Below, one piece after another: positions 1 through 15,000 of a stretch of DNA of 64,000 nucleotides. The stretch comes from Pelomyxa schiedti. Its lineage: Eukaryota; Protista; Evosea. The stretch is taken from positions 62,001 through 126,000 of the forward strand of contig JAHLWZ010000275.1 of assembly GCA_020536535.1 (NCBI GenBank). The letters run 5' to 3'. The translations under genes were made by a program, and so were the position numbers. Positions within the stretch are counted from its first letter, which is position 1, and each line of letters begins with the position of its first letter. The notes under the pieces are model-generated. The model worked only from the letters and a program-made list of their open reading frames with translations, was not told the origin of the DNA and did no database searches.

Positions 1-63
1 CTATGGGTCCTATTTCCTTTACACAAAAAAAGCCTTTCCCCAATTTCCAGAGGAAGTCTGTTC

Positions 64-3000
64 TCACGGTCGCCAGCAGCAAAGTGCCACACCACGTTGT
101 ATCCATACAGAAGGTGGAATACTAGGAGTTCTGGCATCAATGGTGAATAGGACATCAGCCCGGGTTTCGGTGAGATAAACGGGTAATGTAAGTAGTGGAG
201 TGGGTGGGGCTGAACTTGTCGGTGCAGTTGCCGGTGCCGGTGCTGTGGTTGGTGCTGGAGCTGGTGTTGGTGTTGAGGGTGCCTTGGGCTTCCAGGTGAG
301 GTGCACTGGTGCAAGGGAAACGTGAACTTCAGTGGTCATGGTGAGTTCATTATTTACAACGGTAGCGCCTTCCAGGGTAATACCTAGGTTGGCCAGAGGT
401 TAGAGGTTGTGGTGGTTGTTGTGTGAGTGTTTACCTGTTATGAAGAATCCCTCACGCTGGGCTGCAGTTATTGGGGTGAGCTCGGTGGAAGCCTCACTTG
501 AAGTGGAAAGTGATGAGGCTTCCAAAATAAGAGTTTCCAGAGACCACGAGTGTGCTCTGGCTGCGGCTTGCCTGGTGGCTGTGATGAATGCCTCTGGTAA
601 AAACATTCCCCCTAGCCAGACCTCTTGAACTCCAGAACATCCTGGCTGAGCTGTGGTATTTCCTCCATTTGGTGGAGCACAGACATTCCACTGGGTCCCT
701 AGTTTTTCAAGCTGGTTGATACGTTGGGAGAAGTCACGGAAGTATGCTGTCAGAGTGACTGACTCGGGCAATGAATATTTCCGCCACTCCCTTGGTATAA
801 GCCCTATGCATAAGGTGAGGTCACACAAAAAGTAACAACCCTACAACCTTTTACTAGCTCGTCCATGAGCGTTCGTGAATAGTTGGTATGCTTTTCCTTG
901 CCATGCACAACTTGAACCACCATAATAAGATCTTTTTTTACCTAAACAGATGTTGATGGGAAGTAGCTTGAAAGTTGTGAGATACTTTGGATAGAAGGCG
1001 GGCACCAGTTTTCATTTCACGAACAAGGCAACGCACAAGAGGGTCACTGGACTTCTCCGCAGCAGGAGTAATATTAAGTTGAGACTTTTGTGGGGGTGAG
1101 ATCATTTCACTTTGGTTGGGGTTGGAGTACCTGAGGTAGAAGTTTCATCCATGATTCAACATCCTTGCATAGAGACCTCATCCATGCAGGGATACCCGAG
1201 TCTTTCTCTGCTAATATTTTGATAAGTTCCTTAAAAAAAAAGAGGTAAAAGGAGTGCCTTGTCCTTGGTCTGTTGGTTGAGCTTCAGAGGCAATATCCCC
1301 CTCATCCGTACTTTGCATGCGGTGCACCTGACGCAACATTCTACTGCCTTGAGTTGTAAGCAGAAGTAATTCTGCATTATCTGGCAGGCCAAGCAGCATA
1401 GGGGACTCTTTGAAAGCCACTGTTTCTACCCACTCAAGACTTTTTTTTTCAGTGAGTATGAAAGAGTACGAAAGTCGAAATACCATTGAGCACGTTGGGT
1501 ACTGCTTGGCATTACCACATTTCCATCTTGTGTTGGAGCAAGTGCAAAGTTAATTCCCAAACTATCCGGTAAGAAAACTTTCTCCAATAGAGATTGCAAA
1601 ATTCTTTGATCGAAAATGTTATCAATTCTACCACCATAAATTGTCTGTGCCAGTAAAGTTCTGTTTGGTTTTTTTAAGAAAACCTGTGAGAAGGAACGGT
1701 AACTATTCTGGGTGAGGATACCGCAAAGCTACCCACGGAACTTGTGTGGGAGGCACAGATGACTTGCCTTGTGCAGCTAGATTTATCCAGTAATCAATTG
1801 TATCCATTGCACATTTGTGATCAGTCTCACTGAATTCGAATGTCTTGGTCCACCCTTCAGGCACATACCTGGAGAACTAAATAAAAATTTTATTCGGAAG
1901 ATGAAAAACCTAAGTCTTTCTTGTACAACTGAATGAAACCAGCAAAGAAGCATGTACAGCCGGGAGCGTTCCTGGGGTACTTTGTCCATTCGAGCAGTGT
2001 CAATTGAGGATATAACATGCTACAACCATAAATAACTGTGGAAGAACGAGAAGGACGGACCTGCATGTTGGCTTTTATGCCAGGAGGGGGCTCAAAAGTG
2101 AATATATGTGACATTCGTAACAAGTTAGGAGGTAATTTTGGATGGATTTCGGATGTCATAAAGAGTCTTTATAAGGTTAGGGAATATGTGGAAATCGTAA
2201 ACATACCTAAAGTTGGGGTGGGGAGCAAGAGCATGTAATTTTTTCTCTAGCTGTAAAAGCCACTGGGGTGCCAAGTGGATGTTCTGAATGGCATGTTATC
2301 ACAGAGGAATGAAAAAGCCAGTTATCGTACTTTGAGCATGACCCAAGAACCCTGTTTGCTTGCCAAAGAAATTGCCTCCTCAGCTAAAGCGAACCCCTCA
2401 GGTGAGCCAATTGCAAGACGGTTCAGTCTAAGGTAGTGAGGAGAAGTAAAAAAAAGGAGATGGGAGAAACTGTTTGTTTAATGATCCTGCTAAGGTGTCT
2501 ACTCGTCCACTCGCATCATATCCAGGAGCACAGCAGAGCATTATTGGTGATGTGTTGGTGCTCTGTGTCTGATTACGGGTGAGTATTGAAAATAAGGAAT
2601 AAGGAATACCTGAATCACTGCCCCAAAGTCATAGTGTTCGCCTCCTTGAACAAAGGCATCTCCAAAAACAGCAGAAATAAATTTCGTGGTACTGGAAAGT
2701 AACCTATCAGGTCTCAAAGTTTTGAAGATAAGCATGTGCCAGAATTTTGGTTTCACACGAGCTGATAGAGTCATGAGGTGAAAGGTTGAATAAGGCAGGT
2801 TTACATTCGAATTTAGCTGTTTTTGCTTGCTCTTTGTCCCAGGATGCAGGAGGAGCATCAGGGATTGTGTTACGTAAAAATTCTTGCCAGTCTTCAGTGT
2901 GCGAAAGAATGTGTTCTGGTAATTGCTTGAAGGCCTTTAACAGAGAGAGCTCTGTGATGAGTTTCATTTGTGCAGCAGATAGTATAGTTGCAAGTTGTGG

Positions 3001-6000
3001 AGGCTAATGGTGAATAGTCATGTCAAAGAATGGTTGTAATTAAGTGAAACAGACCAAATGACTTGCAGAAATGGGACTGTCTCCCCCTTTGAGTAAGAAA
3101 TCTAATTCGGTATCATCCAGTTCATCAGGCATCCCCTTGAGACGGAGATGCGCCAATTTAAATCCAAACGCTGCGTGAGCATCATGGAGCAATGTTCTGC
3201 ATACTCTTTGATAGACCAACTATACAAATGCATTAGAGAAAATGCGTGTAACCAAATACCTACACGGAAAATGTCATCAACTAAAATTCGAATCCTTTTC
3301 TCAGGATCTTCAACACCTTTCAGTTGGGCTGTATTTGATAATACACTGTATTTTGTTGTTAGCTCAAATTTTTCCCCTATCGGTACCTGTGAAATATGCC
3401 CAAAAAGAATCTTAATGAAAATTGATATAAAAAGTGTATTTGAGAGAGCTGATCCAATGCAAAGTAGATCCGAGCACAGGCAATAGACATGGGCCTATAA
3501 ACAGAGCTTATCTAGATAGCCTTACCAAAGAAAAAGATGAGAAGAGAAAACTAAACTGCTTCAGTTTGTTTCATTACAACTTCTGTAGCTGCATATTGAA
3601 TTGCAACTTCAGCTGAGTCCTTCTTAAGTGTTTCTAGTGTGGCTATGACTTTATCGTCGTCAAGAATATTGCCCTGTGATTGCACAAGGGCTTGCAGTAA
3701 CGACTTTTCTAAGTTACGTATTCGAACTTTAAATTCTCCTTGTTGTTTCATCAGTTCAGCCATCTTTTGTTGGATATCAGGTTTCTCAGCGCCAAGTATC
3801 TGCCCCAACGTGAATTGACTTCTTAGAATAGAGATGTGTTACATGGTGCAAGCATTGACTCTGCAAGCTAGCTGGTGTCACCGTGAAGTTGACAAATGTG
3901 ATCCTACTACATAAATCTGGAGTGAAGTTGGCTGTTGGGTCCCTTGTGGAAAGGAAGATGACGAATTTGGGTGAGAAATCGACCTCCTAAATGGCTTTGA
4001 GTGATATCCAAGGTAGATCACAACAAACCTGATCACCCAATCTGATTAAGATACGTCCTCCTTTTTTATGTATTTCCTTATTGAGGACAGGGTTCAGAAC
4101 AGGGTCAAGGTTTTCAACATCCTGAACAAGAAGAGGGTACCCAAAGCGAAGTGCACTCTCGAGATTCTTCATGAACGCTGTATCCAAGAAACTGTTGATG
4201 TTAGTGCAAATAACTGGAATAATCTCATTACCTAGTTTTTACAATTTTCTTTTCTCTGTACTGATTCATCAAAAATTCCACTGCCTGGCCACTTGGGTCA
4301 ATCACCAAAGGATAGCGGTTGAAATGCTGAGGTTTTTGTGAGCTGAGAAGGGATTGGGTTTTCTCTTTACATTCAGCATGATTGCGTTTGCAGCACATAG
4401 ATCGTCGGCTGGTAGAGTATTTGCTTGCCATGCCATCCGTTCCTCCTATACAAATGTGCTTAGGGAAAAGTCACATTTCACTAATTTCTCACAGCAGTAG
4501 ACAAGAAATCGACAATGGAAAGGTCTTGCTTGAATCCAATTCCCATAGCTTCTAGGAAAGTCATCCACTTTGCAAGAAGTTCAGCTCTATTAGTTGATCA
4601 ATGAATTGTGAAAAAAGTTAAGGAGAACCTGAAATGTTGGTCAAAAAACCCACTGTATGCGAGGAACGCAGAAGAGACCACGCAATCACCAATGAGTGTG
4701 GACATGTGCTGCTGGAAGGTTGTTCTTTGCTCTTCCCATCTTTGACTCTCTGAAGACAAGTCATGTAGAAGTTTTACTGATCTGGACTATTTGTTAAAAG
4801 AAGTAGTCTAGGTGGCTGTATACCTATCAACTTTAGACTTTACACGGTCAATTTCAGCTTTAATCACTTGTTTTTCACTGATTAGTAAGGCATACTCCTG
4901 TTTGTACTTCTCAATACTTTGCTCAATAGAGTCTGATGAACGTGAGTTTACATAAGTGTTGTATGTACTAAACTGATGGTTTTCACAAGATCGTCAGCAG
5001 TTTGTTGTAACTCGTTAGCAGCAGATTCCAACTTGGCAACTTCGTCCTTGAGAGGTTGCACACGGTCTATAATATCGGCATAATTCACTTGAGCATCAAT
5101 CCATTTCCAGAGGGGCCCACAAGCTTTGCTGGAGTAGTCTACTTTCTCGAAAGTGAATTCTGGTACTGCTAGATAATTCTGCTTCACTAAACGGCGGATG
5201 TTTCTTTCGAGGGTGAGACTATGAAAGAAGCAAGGTGCACTAACTCTGATATTTTTTTGGCATCAAAATTGACCACAGTGGGGATGAAGTTGGTATCGGT
5301 AATAATACGCCTGATTGTAGCCCAATCAACTTTTTTGCCCTGGATCACCAGCACAACACATTCAAGTGTCATCCTAACTAGTGCTGGGGGACTGGATATG
5401 ATATTAACGTTCAATCAAGACTTGGTACACAACTTTCCCATAGCTTTGACTTCTTCAAGATCTTTGCGTTTAATTTGTTTGACAGCAGTTTTGGCAGAAA
5501 TCAGAGCCGGTTCTGCTTTGTCCAGGTCTGCATGAGCTTTGGCAGATTGAATCTAAAACCGGTTTGTGAAAAGAAATCAAGGAGGAGTCTCCTTACTCTT
5601 ATTTCTTCCCTTTGCTTTCCTAACTTGCCTTGTAAAATTAAAGAGTCTTTCTTTTTTTGCTCCGCGATCTGTTTTGTGGCTGTGGGGAAAACCAAAAACA
5701 TGCACATAGCTACCTGTTGGTCAGCAACCATCTGTTTGAGTTTCTCATTTGCAGCAACCTCCTTTTGTTCTAGGGCCACTCCACTTGCTCGCAAAGCAGC
5801 CTACAAAACTTAGTATTTAAAAAGTACACTCCGTACCAGACCTGAAGCTGTGCTACTTGATTTGCTGTATCAGCCAATTTCTGTAAACCAACATTCAAGT
5901 GCAATTGTTGCTCCTCTAGCTCCGCTCTTTTTGTGCTGGAAATTTGTACGAAATGGCTTATCAGATCCAGGTAGTGTCTTGGAGTGACATAGTTCCTGCG

Positions 6001-9000
6001 TCCCTTTTGTGCATTTAACTTCAATCAAGGTGTGAAACGGGAAAAAGAAAATATGCCTGCAGTCTAAACAAGCGTTCGTTCGCTAGGCCAACAGATTGGT
6101 GTGTATAAACTAATGACATAACAACTGCATCCCTTTGATATAATGAGTTGACAGTGGATAGGTTCTTTGGTAAACAAAACCTGTTAGTGAGAGCACGCTG
6201 TGCCATGGGAACAGGCATATTTTGGGGGAGAAATTCAGGAGGCTTATAACTTGGATTTTCCAAATCCAATTTTTCAGTGAATTCAGCACCAACAAGAAAT
6301 AGTGCGGGACTGGACCAATCACCAAACCAATCAATCACACAGCGGTTATAAAGAGCAGGGGAAGTTGCAGCACGATTATGGAATTCTGGGCTAGCCGGGT
6401 TCATGGTGAAGATCACATGCAAATTTAATCTTACCTGTACAGTTTTAAAGATTTCCAAGTTGTTTATGGACTTGCCTGTTGGATGAACCATTTATACAGG
6501 TCATCTTCTGTGTCAAGAATTTTTCCTTTCCGTGAGGATGCTTCTTTTATTTGGTGAATAAGACCTTGCCATTCTTCGCCTTCAAATAGCCCAGGAACCT
6601 AAGTTTATAAGAAAGTTGAAAGGAAAGGAATGCAAACTTCTCCACTGGCTAGAAGTGTATTCATCCGTTCAAGGAAGCTTGACTCTAAGATGTTGGATTC
6701 ATCAAAAACAAAGCATATTTCCTCCCCTTTACATCCAGCACGTTTGAGTACTAATCGCAAGTCGTTGTCAAAGTCCTCCGCTTTGTACTTGTTGTTTACT
6801 TTGATACTGAAGAGTGACATTCCATTTTTCCAGGCAACAAATTTGGACAGAACTGTTTTTCCTCCACCACTAACACCAATGAGAAGTGCGTGTCCCTGGG
6901 GCATATGTAGAATCCTATCTATTCGAAGAATATGTTCCAGTACTTCAGCAAACAAAACAAGTTGCACTTCAAGTTCTTCCTCATAAAACACTTTCAATTT
7001 TGCTTTCACGAACTCCCGCAAATCATTCAAGGTGACACTGACGTAACTTTTTGATAGCCAGTTACTAAATAGAACAGGCCTCTGAATTGCAGTGGGTGAA
7101 GCATTGGGGAAATGCTTGCCAGCCATTTCGTCCATAAGTTTGTCAGCCCATTGGCGCTCCTCCTCAGTTACAAGTCTGTCTTGGAACAATCGTAATCCTT
7201 CATGCAACCACAGTCTCACCAGTTCATCAAGTGTACAGGATTCCATGGGTTTTATGGCTTCGTGCATTGCTCGCACCCAACGTGTGAGCTCACGTGGAGA
7301 ATATATGTAATGTGCATGAACATCAGGAGTGAATCTCTTCTGGCACGATTGGTAGCATTCTACCATTGCAGCAGTGAGAGGTTCAGCATGCTGTCGAAGA
7401 GGTGGCAGCAGTTTCATAAGTGCTCTATTGAAAGTCCCATAAATTTGCATCAGAGAAGGAACGGCAGGGAAGTCCACCAACAAAAGGGGTGCAAAACGTA
7501 AAAACCGGTGAGTCAGTGGAACACGTCCTGCATCAGTTGGAGGATTGCATGCCCCCACAAATTGTATTCGCTCCAAAGTAACCCATGTGTGATCTGCTGT
7601 TCTCCAAAACCCATTTTGTTCCACAAGCTGTCGAATGAACGAAATTACACGTTGGGTGCCATACTTATCAGCTTGTGGCAGATTAATCTCATCACAAAAG
7701 ACCACTAACCACTTCCCACTCTGTGTTGGGCGCAATATTGTATCCCCTGAGGGATTGCGCTTGTATTCACAGAAGTGATCAAACGTCTTGAGTAGCAATT
7801 CTGGGGTTGTGGCACTGCTGAAATTGAGAGTAGCCATCTCATAGTCAGGAAAAACACTTAAAGTATTTGTGAGTGTCATTGTCTTGCCAGAACCTGGAGG
7901 TCCACATAAGATTAGTGGCCTATGTTCCCCAAGCCAGGCTTGTAGCACCTCTACATGGCGAATTGTATCTACTGTAGGAATGATGATATCTGGTGAGCCT
8001 ACTTTATGAGTGTCAACCTCAATTGTGGGTGCTTTCCACTGAATCCAGCTTCCATCTTCAACAGTTACACCATAATCAAGTAGGAGTGTCCCTGGAGCAG
8101 TAGTAACCTTGATTGGTGCTTCAGCTTGTATGTACTTGCTGTACTCTTCCCGATCTGAAGTACTCATGGAACCACCAAACCCCCAAATAAGGGAGAAAAG
8201 GAGGCGATTGATGATGTATCTTGCTAGGAAGTCTTCTTCAACGGGTATGTCAGAAGTCATTTGTGTTTTTTCTATTATGTTGAGAATCCCTTTGCAAAGC
8301 AAAGAGAAGAATGATGTTAATACACGAAGACGTGTGAAGTCCATGATATGAGATTTTGATCGTGCAACGTCTAAGGCACGTTCAACTAATCCACTTTCAC
8401 TAAAAAGCGGTGCTAAAATCGCAGCACATTTTTGTTGTATTGCCAGTCCTCTGGGAACTGGTGGTCCTTCAGGTTTGCCTCCCTCCTGCGGAGTTGCTGG
8501 ATTCGTCCCTGTAGCAGATTGTTGCTGATTTTTAACTTGTAGACGTTCATGCTCATCAAGAGGTTGAGACTGCAACTGATGCAAAAAGTTGTAAAAGATC
8601 ATCTGTGTGGATAGAACTTCTTCACTAAACCAGACCATTCCACATCTACTGACAGTGGCCAGAGTGGCATAGCGCAGATCTTGTACTTCGAATACAACTT
8701 TCACGTTCTTTGGAAGAGCCAGACGTTCACCATTTGGAAGTGTGAGAAGTTTGTTATCATCCAGGAGACTGTTCAAATTCTCTACCCACTCAGGATCAAC
8801 ATCACCATCAAAAATAATCCAGTGTCGTTTGTTTGCACTATCACCTCTCAAGTTGTCAATGATCTTGCGTAGTATGTGAGTAAAAATGCCGTCAGTCCAT
8901 TCCCTTGTTGTTGGATCCATGCTTCCAAAGAGGTGATCCTTTATTATTGCCTTGGGATCAAGAAGATAGGCTTCCCCTTTGATACCATCGCATGCCTCCA

Positions 9001-12000
9001 TTGCACTCAACAAAACAGTCCAGGCGGCTGTTTTTCCACTCCCACTGGGCCCAACAAGCATCAGGCCATGTTGTATATTTTGTATCTGATAAACTTGGAG
9101 AAGTTTATCAACCCAAGCATCTCGGGCAACTAAATTGCGTTTGGCACATATCTCACATATATGTTGCTTGAGTTCTTTCAACATGATAGGAAGCAAGTCT
9201 GCACCAGGGAAAACATCTTTTACAAGGTTGTGTAGAAGGGGAATATCTTCAGCCACAAGCTTTGGGACAATTGTATCACATACACTCCTGATTAAAACTT
9301 CTTGCTCCTCCTGTTCAATGCCAGAGAGTGTGTCAGGCCGACTTGACTTTTCGGAGATCATTCTTCGCTTCATTATACCGGCACTGACGAGCACTGCCTT
9401 CAGTGCACGCAATCCAAAGTCGTAGTGTGCTTGGGCACTCAACTGTTCCTCACAAAGTTTAAATAACGGAACAACTTTGCTTGCGAGTCGTTCAGCTGTG
9501 GTAAAGCCTTGGGAGTAAAGCATCACCTGAGCAATCAGCTCTCTGTCGGGTTTAATCATTGCAATGCTGCGAAACAATTGTTTCAAGTTATCGGGAAGGT
9601 TGCTTCGTCCTGCATAGCCGGGATTCATAGTAATAAATATACCCATGGACGGATTGACATGAACATCTCTGTCGAGAAGTGTGAGGTGATATGTTTCATT
9701 CTTTATAGACTCTTGGATCATTTGAATTTGCTGGGATACAGCTGATAGTGTTCTTTCTTCAAGCCGGTTGAATTCATCAAAGCAGCCCCAGGCACCACAA
9801 AGACACAAGCCAACAAATATTCTGCTCATGGACTGAAGTCTAAAACCCTCATCACAACAAAAAACCACAACAAACCTGAAAAGTGTAAGAAGAATGATCA
9901 TTTAAAGGTGTCCAGATGTACCTTCCAAGTTGTGAGCCTAAGGCTTTGACTGTTTCTGTTTTTCCAGTGCCGGCAGGTCCGAATGGGTTGCCTCCCATTT
10001 TTGAGTCGAGTGCCTAGAAATGAAGTTGGTGTTGAGAAGTTTCATTGCAGTTACCTGGGTGAGGGTCAGATAACACCTGTCTATCAGGGGAGTCTCCACA
10101 AGGAAGTCAGACACACCAAGGTACTCCCAGCCATACATCATTGATACGTTGGCAATGCGCATGGACACACAATTGAGTAACTCCCGTTCATTTGGAAGCA
10201 AATAGGCTCTCAAATGGTACAGCCACTCAAAATTACGATTATCTGTGATCTTTTTCTCAATGAGATCCCTTGTGACATCTCGTTGATGCACAAGCTCAGC
10301 CATAAGATGCTCAAATTTCTTACCTAATTGCAGTGTGAGTGTACATAAACAAATGTATTTAGATACGAAGAATGGCAGGTAGCTCCTGTAATACATTGTC
10401 AGCAAGTTGTTTCAGTGTAAATGAAACAATATTCAGTGCCTCTTGTAACTCTCTTAGAGCTGTTCCTTCAGATGCAAAGGCACCCTCCACAAGCTGGCAC
10501 CAATGTATCTATTGTATTTTAGTTGGGTTCACCATTTTCCCTCTTTAATTGGTACTTGTGCACATAGGATGACAATTTGCGCAGGGTACTTTGCAACCCA
10601 CGCCTGGAAACTGGTGAAGTCATTAGAATCAACAGTCATCCTCTCTGCCATAGCAGTTTTAAGGCATGTGGCCAGTGCAATGCGCATTTCATTTTCAATT
10701 CCTGTCAACCATTCATCAACTCGGATACCTTGTCCCGACTTGACTGGTGTAACAAATGTTATCTCCTCTCCTTCAGGGGAAACAAGACCCAAGATGGTTG
10801 TGTTGTCTGGAGCAATGACCAGGGAATTTATTCCTGCAAACATTTTTTTCATGTGCTTCTGTATCTTGGGCAATTCTTTGCTATTACCAATGATTTCCAG
10901 CAAGTCCTGGTTGTTTTTTCCCACACAAAAGGAAAAGGGAAAAAATGTTGGATGTAGCCAAGCAAAAATAAGAACAGACCTCATCTCCAATGAAATAGAA
11001 GCGAGGGAATGCTGAGCGTTGTCGCTCCAAGTAATCACCAAGAGCTTTTTGAATTTTACCCAATAATTCAGCAATCTTGGAAAGAGTTTTATGTATGCCC
11101 TCAATGTTCAAAACTTCAATTGCCAGGCCAACCTTTTTTTTTTGCGAAAACTTTGAGATTCCAAATAGTAGGACAAAGACCAACCTGCTTCACTCGTTTC
11201 ATCAAATTGATAAACTCTGAGTTTATACTGCGGAACTTGGAACTTTCTTGGGGAAGAAGCATGTTGATATCGGCACTTCCTGTAAAAATTCCCTCAAGAT
11301 ACACCCATCTTCTTTGTACATCAATCCACACCTGAAGGTTGTTACAAATGCCAGTTGAGCAGTGGAGGCCTAACATCAAACACTTCATGGAGCCTATTCA
11401 GCTTATCTTCCCAGGAGGCAGCATCTTCGGCAAACACTTTATAGAAAGGAGACATTTTCATTGAAGAGAGATTGTTTAAGTGCTCCGCAACCTAGTTTGA
11501 CAATTAGCTAAATCGTACAAGATAAAAATTTGAGAAAGAAGCCTTGGTGAAGATGTCATCCCAACCTCGGATAAGCCAGCATTTGTTTTGGTAGTTAACA
11601 ATGTCAAGAACCATTGTTTGCCAGAACTCTCTGACCTAAAAAAAAATTATTGGCATATGTAGAACTTCTGGGATTACAAACCGCTTTTAGAAATTCTTCT
11701 AATGCCTTTTCTCCCTGAGCTTGGGTGATAACATCGCGAAATATGACTTCATTTTTCATTACACCAATATCCCATATCTAGTGAGACTTAGAAAATAGGG
11801 GAAATCTGGTAGAGACATACATGACCAAGTGTTAGCTCAGTGAGAACCCATGTGGCGTTTAATTTCCTTTTTAATATGTCCCAGTGCCTTTCACGCACAC
11901 TTTCAGAGTGAAGATCAGTTATTATGAGGTGACTCTACTAAATTGTGAACCACAGGAGAAATGTCAGGGTACATACCTTGGAGTACTGTCCCAATAGATT

Positions 12001-15000
12001 TTTAAGGAAGTTATATGCAGGGTATTGCATAAATTTCATAGGAATCTCTTTCATCTTTTCTGTGATGTCTTCCAGAGACTTGCTTGGGGTGAGATTGCAC
12101 AGTTGTATTTTCAACAGGAAGGTACCTTTTTAATTTTGCGAGGAACAAGTGCAGCCCAAGGTGTTTCTTTCAAAATCTCTATTTCCTTGAATAGTGCACC
12201 AGCAGATGTCCAGAGACTTCTAAGATCCTTTATTTCCTCTTCCAGAGTGACCAGGCTAACATTCAATTTATCACAAATGTTTGAAACAAAACAATTTTAC
12301 CTTCTGTTTTCCTCAAGAGCATCCAACATTAGGGCCGTTTTGGCACGTTGTAACTTGCTGAAGTCAGCACGGAGTGCTTGTAGCCGCCCTTCAAAAAACT
12401 GGCATGTTTCTAGTGCTGTTGTGTACTTCATGGCACCATCCAGGGGTTTTTGCCTGTGAGAAACTTATTTTCTGACTAATTATCCCAATTTCGTACTTTG
12501 CCCAAGTGTCTAGCAGCTCTTGTATTTTGGACTCCACCTGCTTTGTACTTGCCAGTACTTTCATTTGAAGCTGGGGAATGGTTTCATTTATCACAGCGTT
12601 TTTTCTTTGAAAGGTGAGTAGAATTTATTGTCTTCCATACAATTACCTGCTCAACAAGTCAGAAAAAGCTTTCAACTCCCCTTCTAAGCGATCTGCTTCG
12701 AGCCAATCTTCAGGAAAGTGAAATCTCTGCTTTTGCAGGATATCTTGTCCACCTCTGTATTGTCGGACACTTGTCTCCCACCGCGGGAGAAAACGGTCCA
12801 TTTCTTGTGCCAGTATAACAAAATTGACAGCCTAAAAATGATTGAGTTTTCCAGAACTGTATCTCTAAAGAGCCCTACTTCGTCCGTGGAACTGGTATCA
12901 ACTGAGGCTTTTTCCAGTGTGTCACGAGTTGAGGATATCTCTGTGAATAGCATTTTCATTTTCCCTCCAAGCTTGGAGCCAAATGTTGTAAGAACTTCTT
13001 TGTGCCAGAAATCATACTTCACAATGCATAAGGAATACTTATGAGGTCAATTGAAGAAACCTTCATGTTTACACTGGCTTGTACTTGAACAAAACTTATT
13101 ATTGTGGTTCCAAACTGCTTCTCACTGATGGATGTGTCGAAGGTGTTCCTTGCATCCTAATGTAAAATTTTCAGCTAAGAGGAGTTGGTGCACTCACAAA
13201 CCTTTATTTCAGTAAGTAAGTGTTGCCATTTGTTCATATCCTCACCCAGGGTAGCATAGAGCACCGATGCCTCCATATCCCATAAACCCTAGCAAGGTTA
13301 CTTCTAAAATAAAAAATTCCTCAAAAGACCTGATATTGTAGCCAAATCTTTGTGTATTCAGTAATATCCTTCATTTTCTTTTCGATTGTGGCATATGCAT
13401 CATATACTTCAGGAATTTTTGTCAAAATGTCCCGGTATGTCTGAGCAGACTGGGTACTTTGGATATTGGTGAGAGGTTGTTGGGATATTGTCAACACACG
13501 AGTCAGGACCCCCATATGGAGCACTTTCCAAACACTGCAATTGACAGACAACCCCAATCCACTCATGGAAGGCAGAAAAATGGTTTGCTCTTCCAGTTTC
13601 AAGAGGTGGATCTAGGGACATTACCTGGAATAGGTGAATGCAATATCTATCTTCAACCAGCAAACCTGATTCTTTATGACAAGTTCATGTTTGGTTGTTA
13701 AAAATTCGGGAACGACAATTGTAGTTGACTGAACAACAGGCTGTATTTCTGTTTTTTTTATTGTGCGAGTCCGTCTTGAACTGGGCTTATCTGCTGTTGT
13801 CTGCAAGGAAGAGGACTTCTTTCCAGTTACTGAGTCAACCCAAGCAATTATTGCTTCCTAAGGGATTGTGTTGGAGAAGTGCATTCAAATGCAAAGGTAC
13901 TTTGAGACGTCCTGCTAGGATGGTTGTGATTTTGTCATTAAGAGAGCTGACCCAAGTCTCGAGATTTGAAAATGACTGTAAACTAAAGTAATCTATGGTT
14001 TTCTGCATGTTTCCTTGAATAGCAGTGAACTTCTCTGTCTTCATATTTTGTATTGTTTATTGTACACAATAAGTACAAGAAGCCAGAAGTAACGGAAGAA
14101 CCTCATAAGGACAACTCTGGAGGCTCATTAAATCTGTGTTAAGTTGTGCATATTTCTCGAGAAGATCATCAACTTTGGTTGTAAAATGAGCCACTAGATC
14201 TGCAAGTTTTGATGCAAGTGAGTCAACTGGTTTTTGTGGTTCCCATGTAAGCCTACTTCCTGTCATGACTCAGTTTTTCTGTGATTTCGTGGATGGTACC
14301 TTCAAGTATTGCAGTTTGTATATCTTTCTTTAGGCCAGCTACAAGTGGAGCTGCTTCTGGTGGGATCTAATGTTTGAATCAATTCCATAAGAGGAAATAA
14401 GATTTTTCACTGAGACTACCTTAGAACATGTAATGAGGTATGTGTGTAGAGTTTCTTGCAGAGATACGGCCAGAGGATATAACTGCTTGCATGTCACAGC
14501 TGTGAGTGTCATTGAATACGGCATACTATACCCCAATGACCGTAGAATTTTATACTATTAAATTATGAGTCCTGGCTTGGTAAGTAAGATATATACTTCT
14601 TTAGAGAGGTACACCAAGGTGTCATCAAAGTCGACTTCCAAGACAAACAAACTTCCTTTTTGTTTGATGGATAAAATTCTTCCCTTTCCAATGTTTCCCT
14701 TGTCTCGGAGTTTGGTGTTAGTATCTTGTTGCCAGTTTTCAAAGATCTGAAAATAGTTGGAAGTGTTTGTGGAGGGAATGAACACGCAAACCTGACGGGG
14801 ATCCAGCTTTTTGTTGAAAGCATTCCCTTCCTCCAGCAGCTCATGAGCTTGAGGATTTGTTTGTGCTTCAGGTCCCATGACAGCCTTTATCCGTTGCAAA
14901 CTACGTTGTAACTGTGATTGCAGCTGTTTTCTCCACATGATGGATGCTGACTTGAGGGTTATCAAAGAACATTTGGGACACTGTGATGCATACCTGAGGT

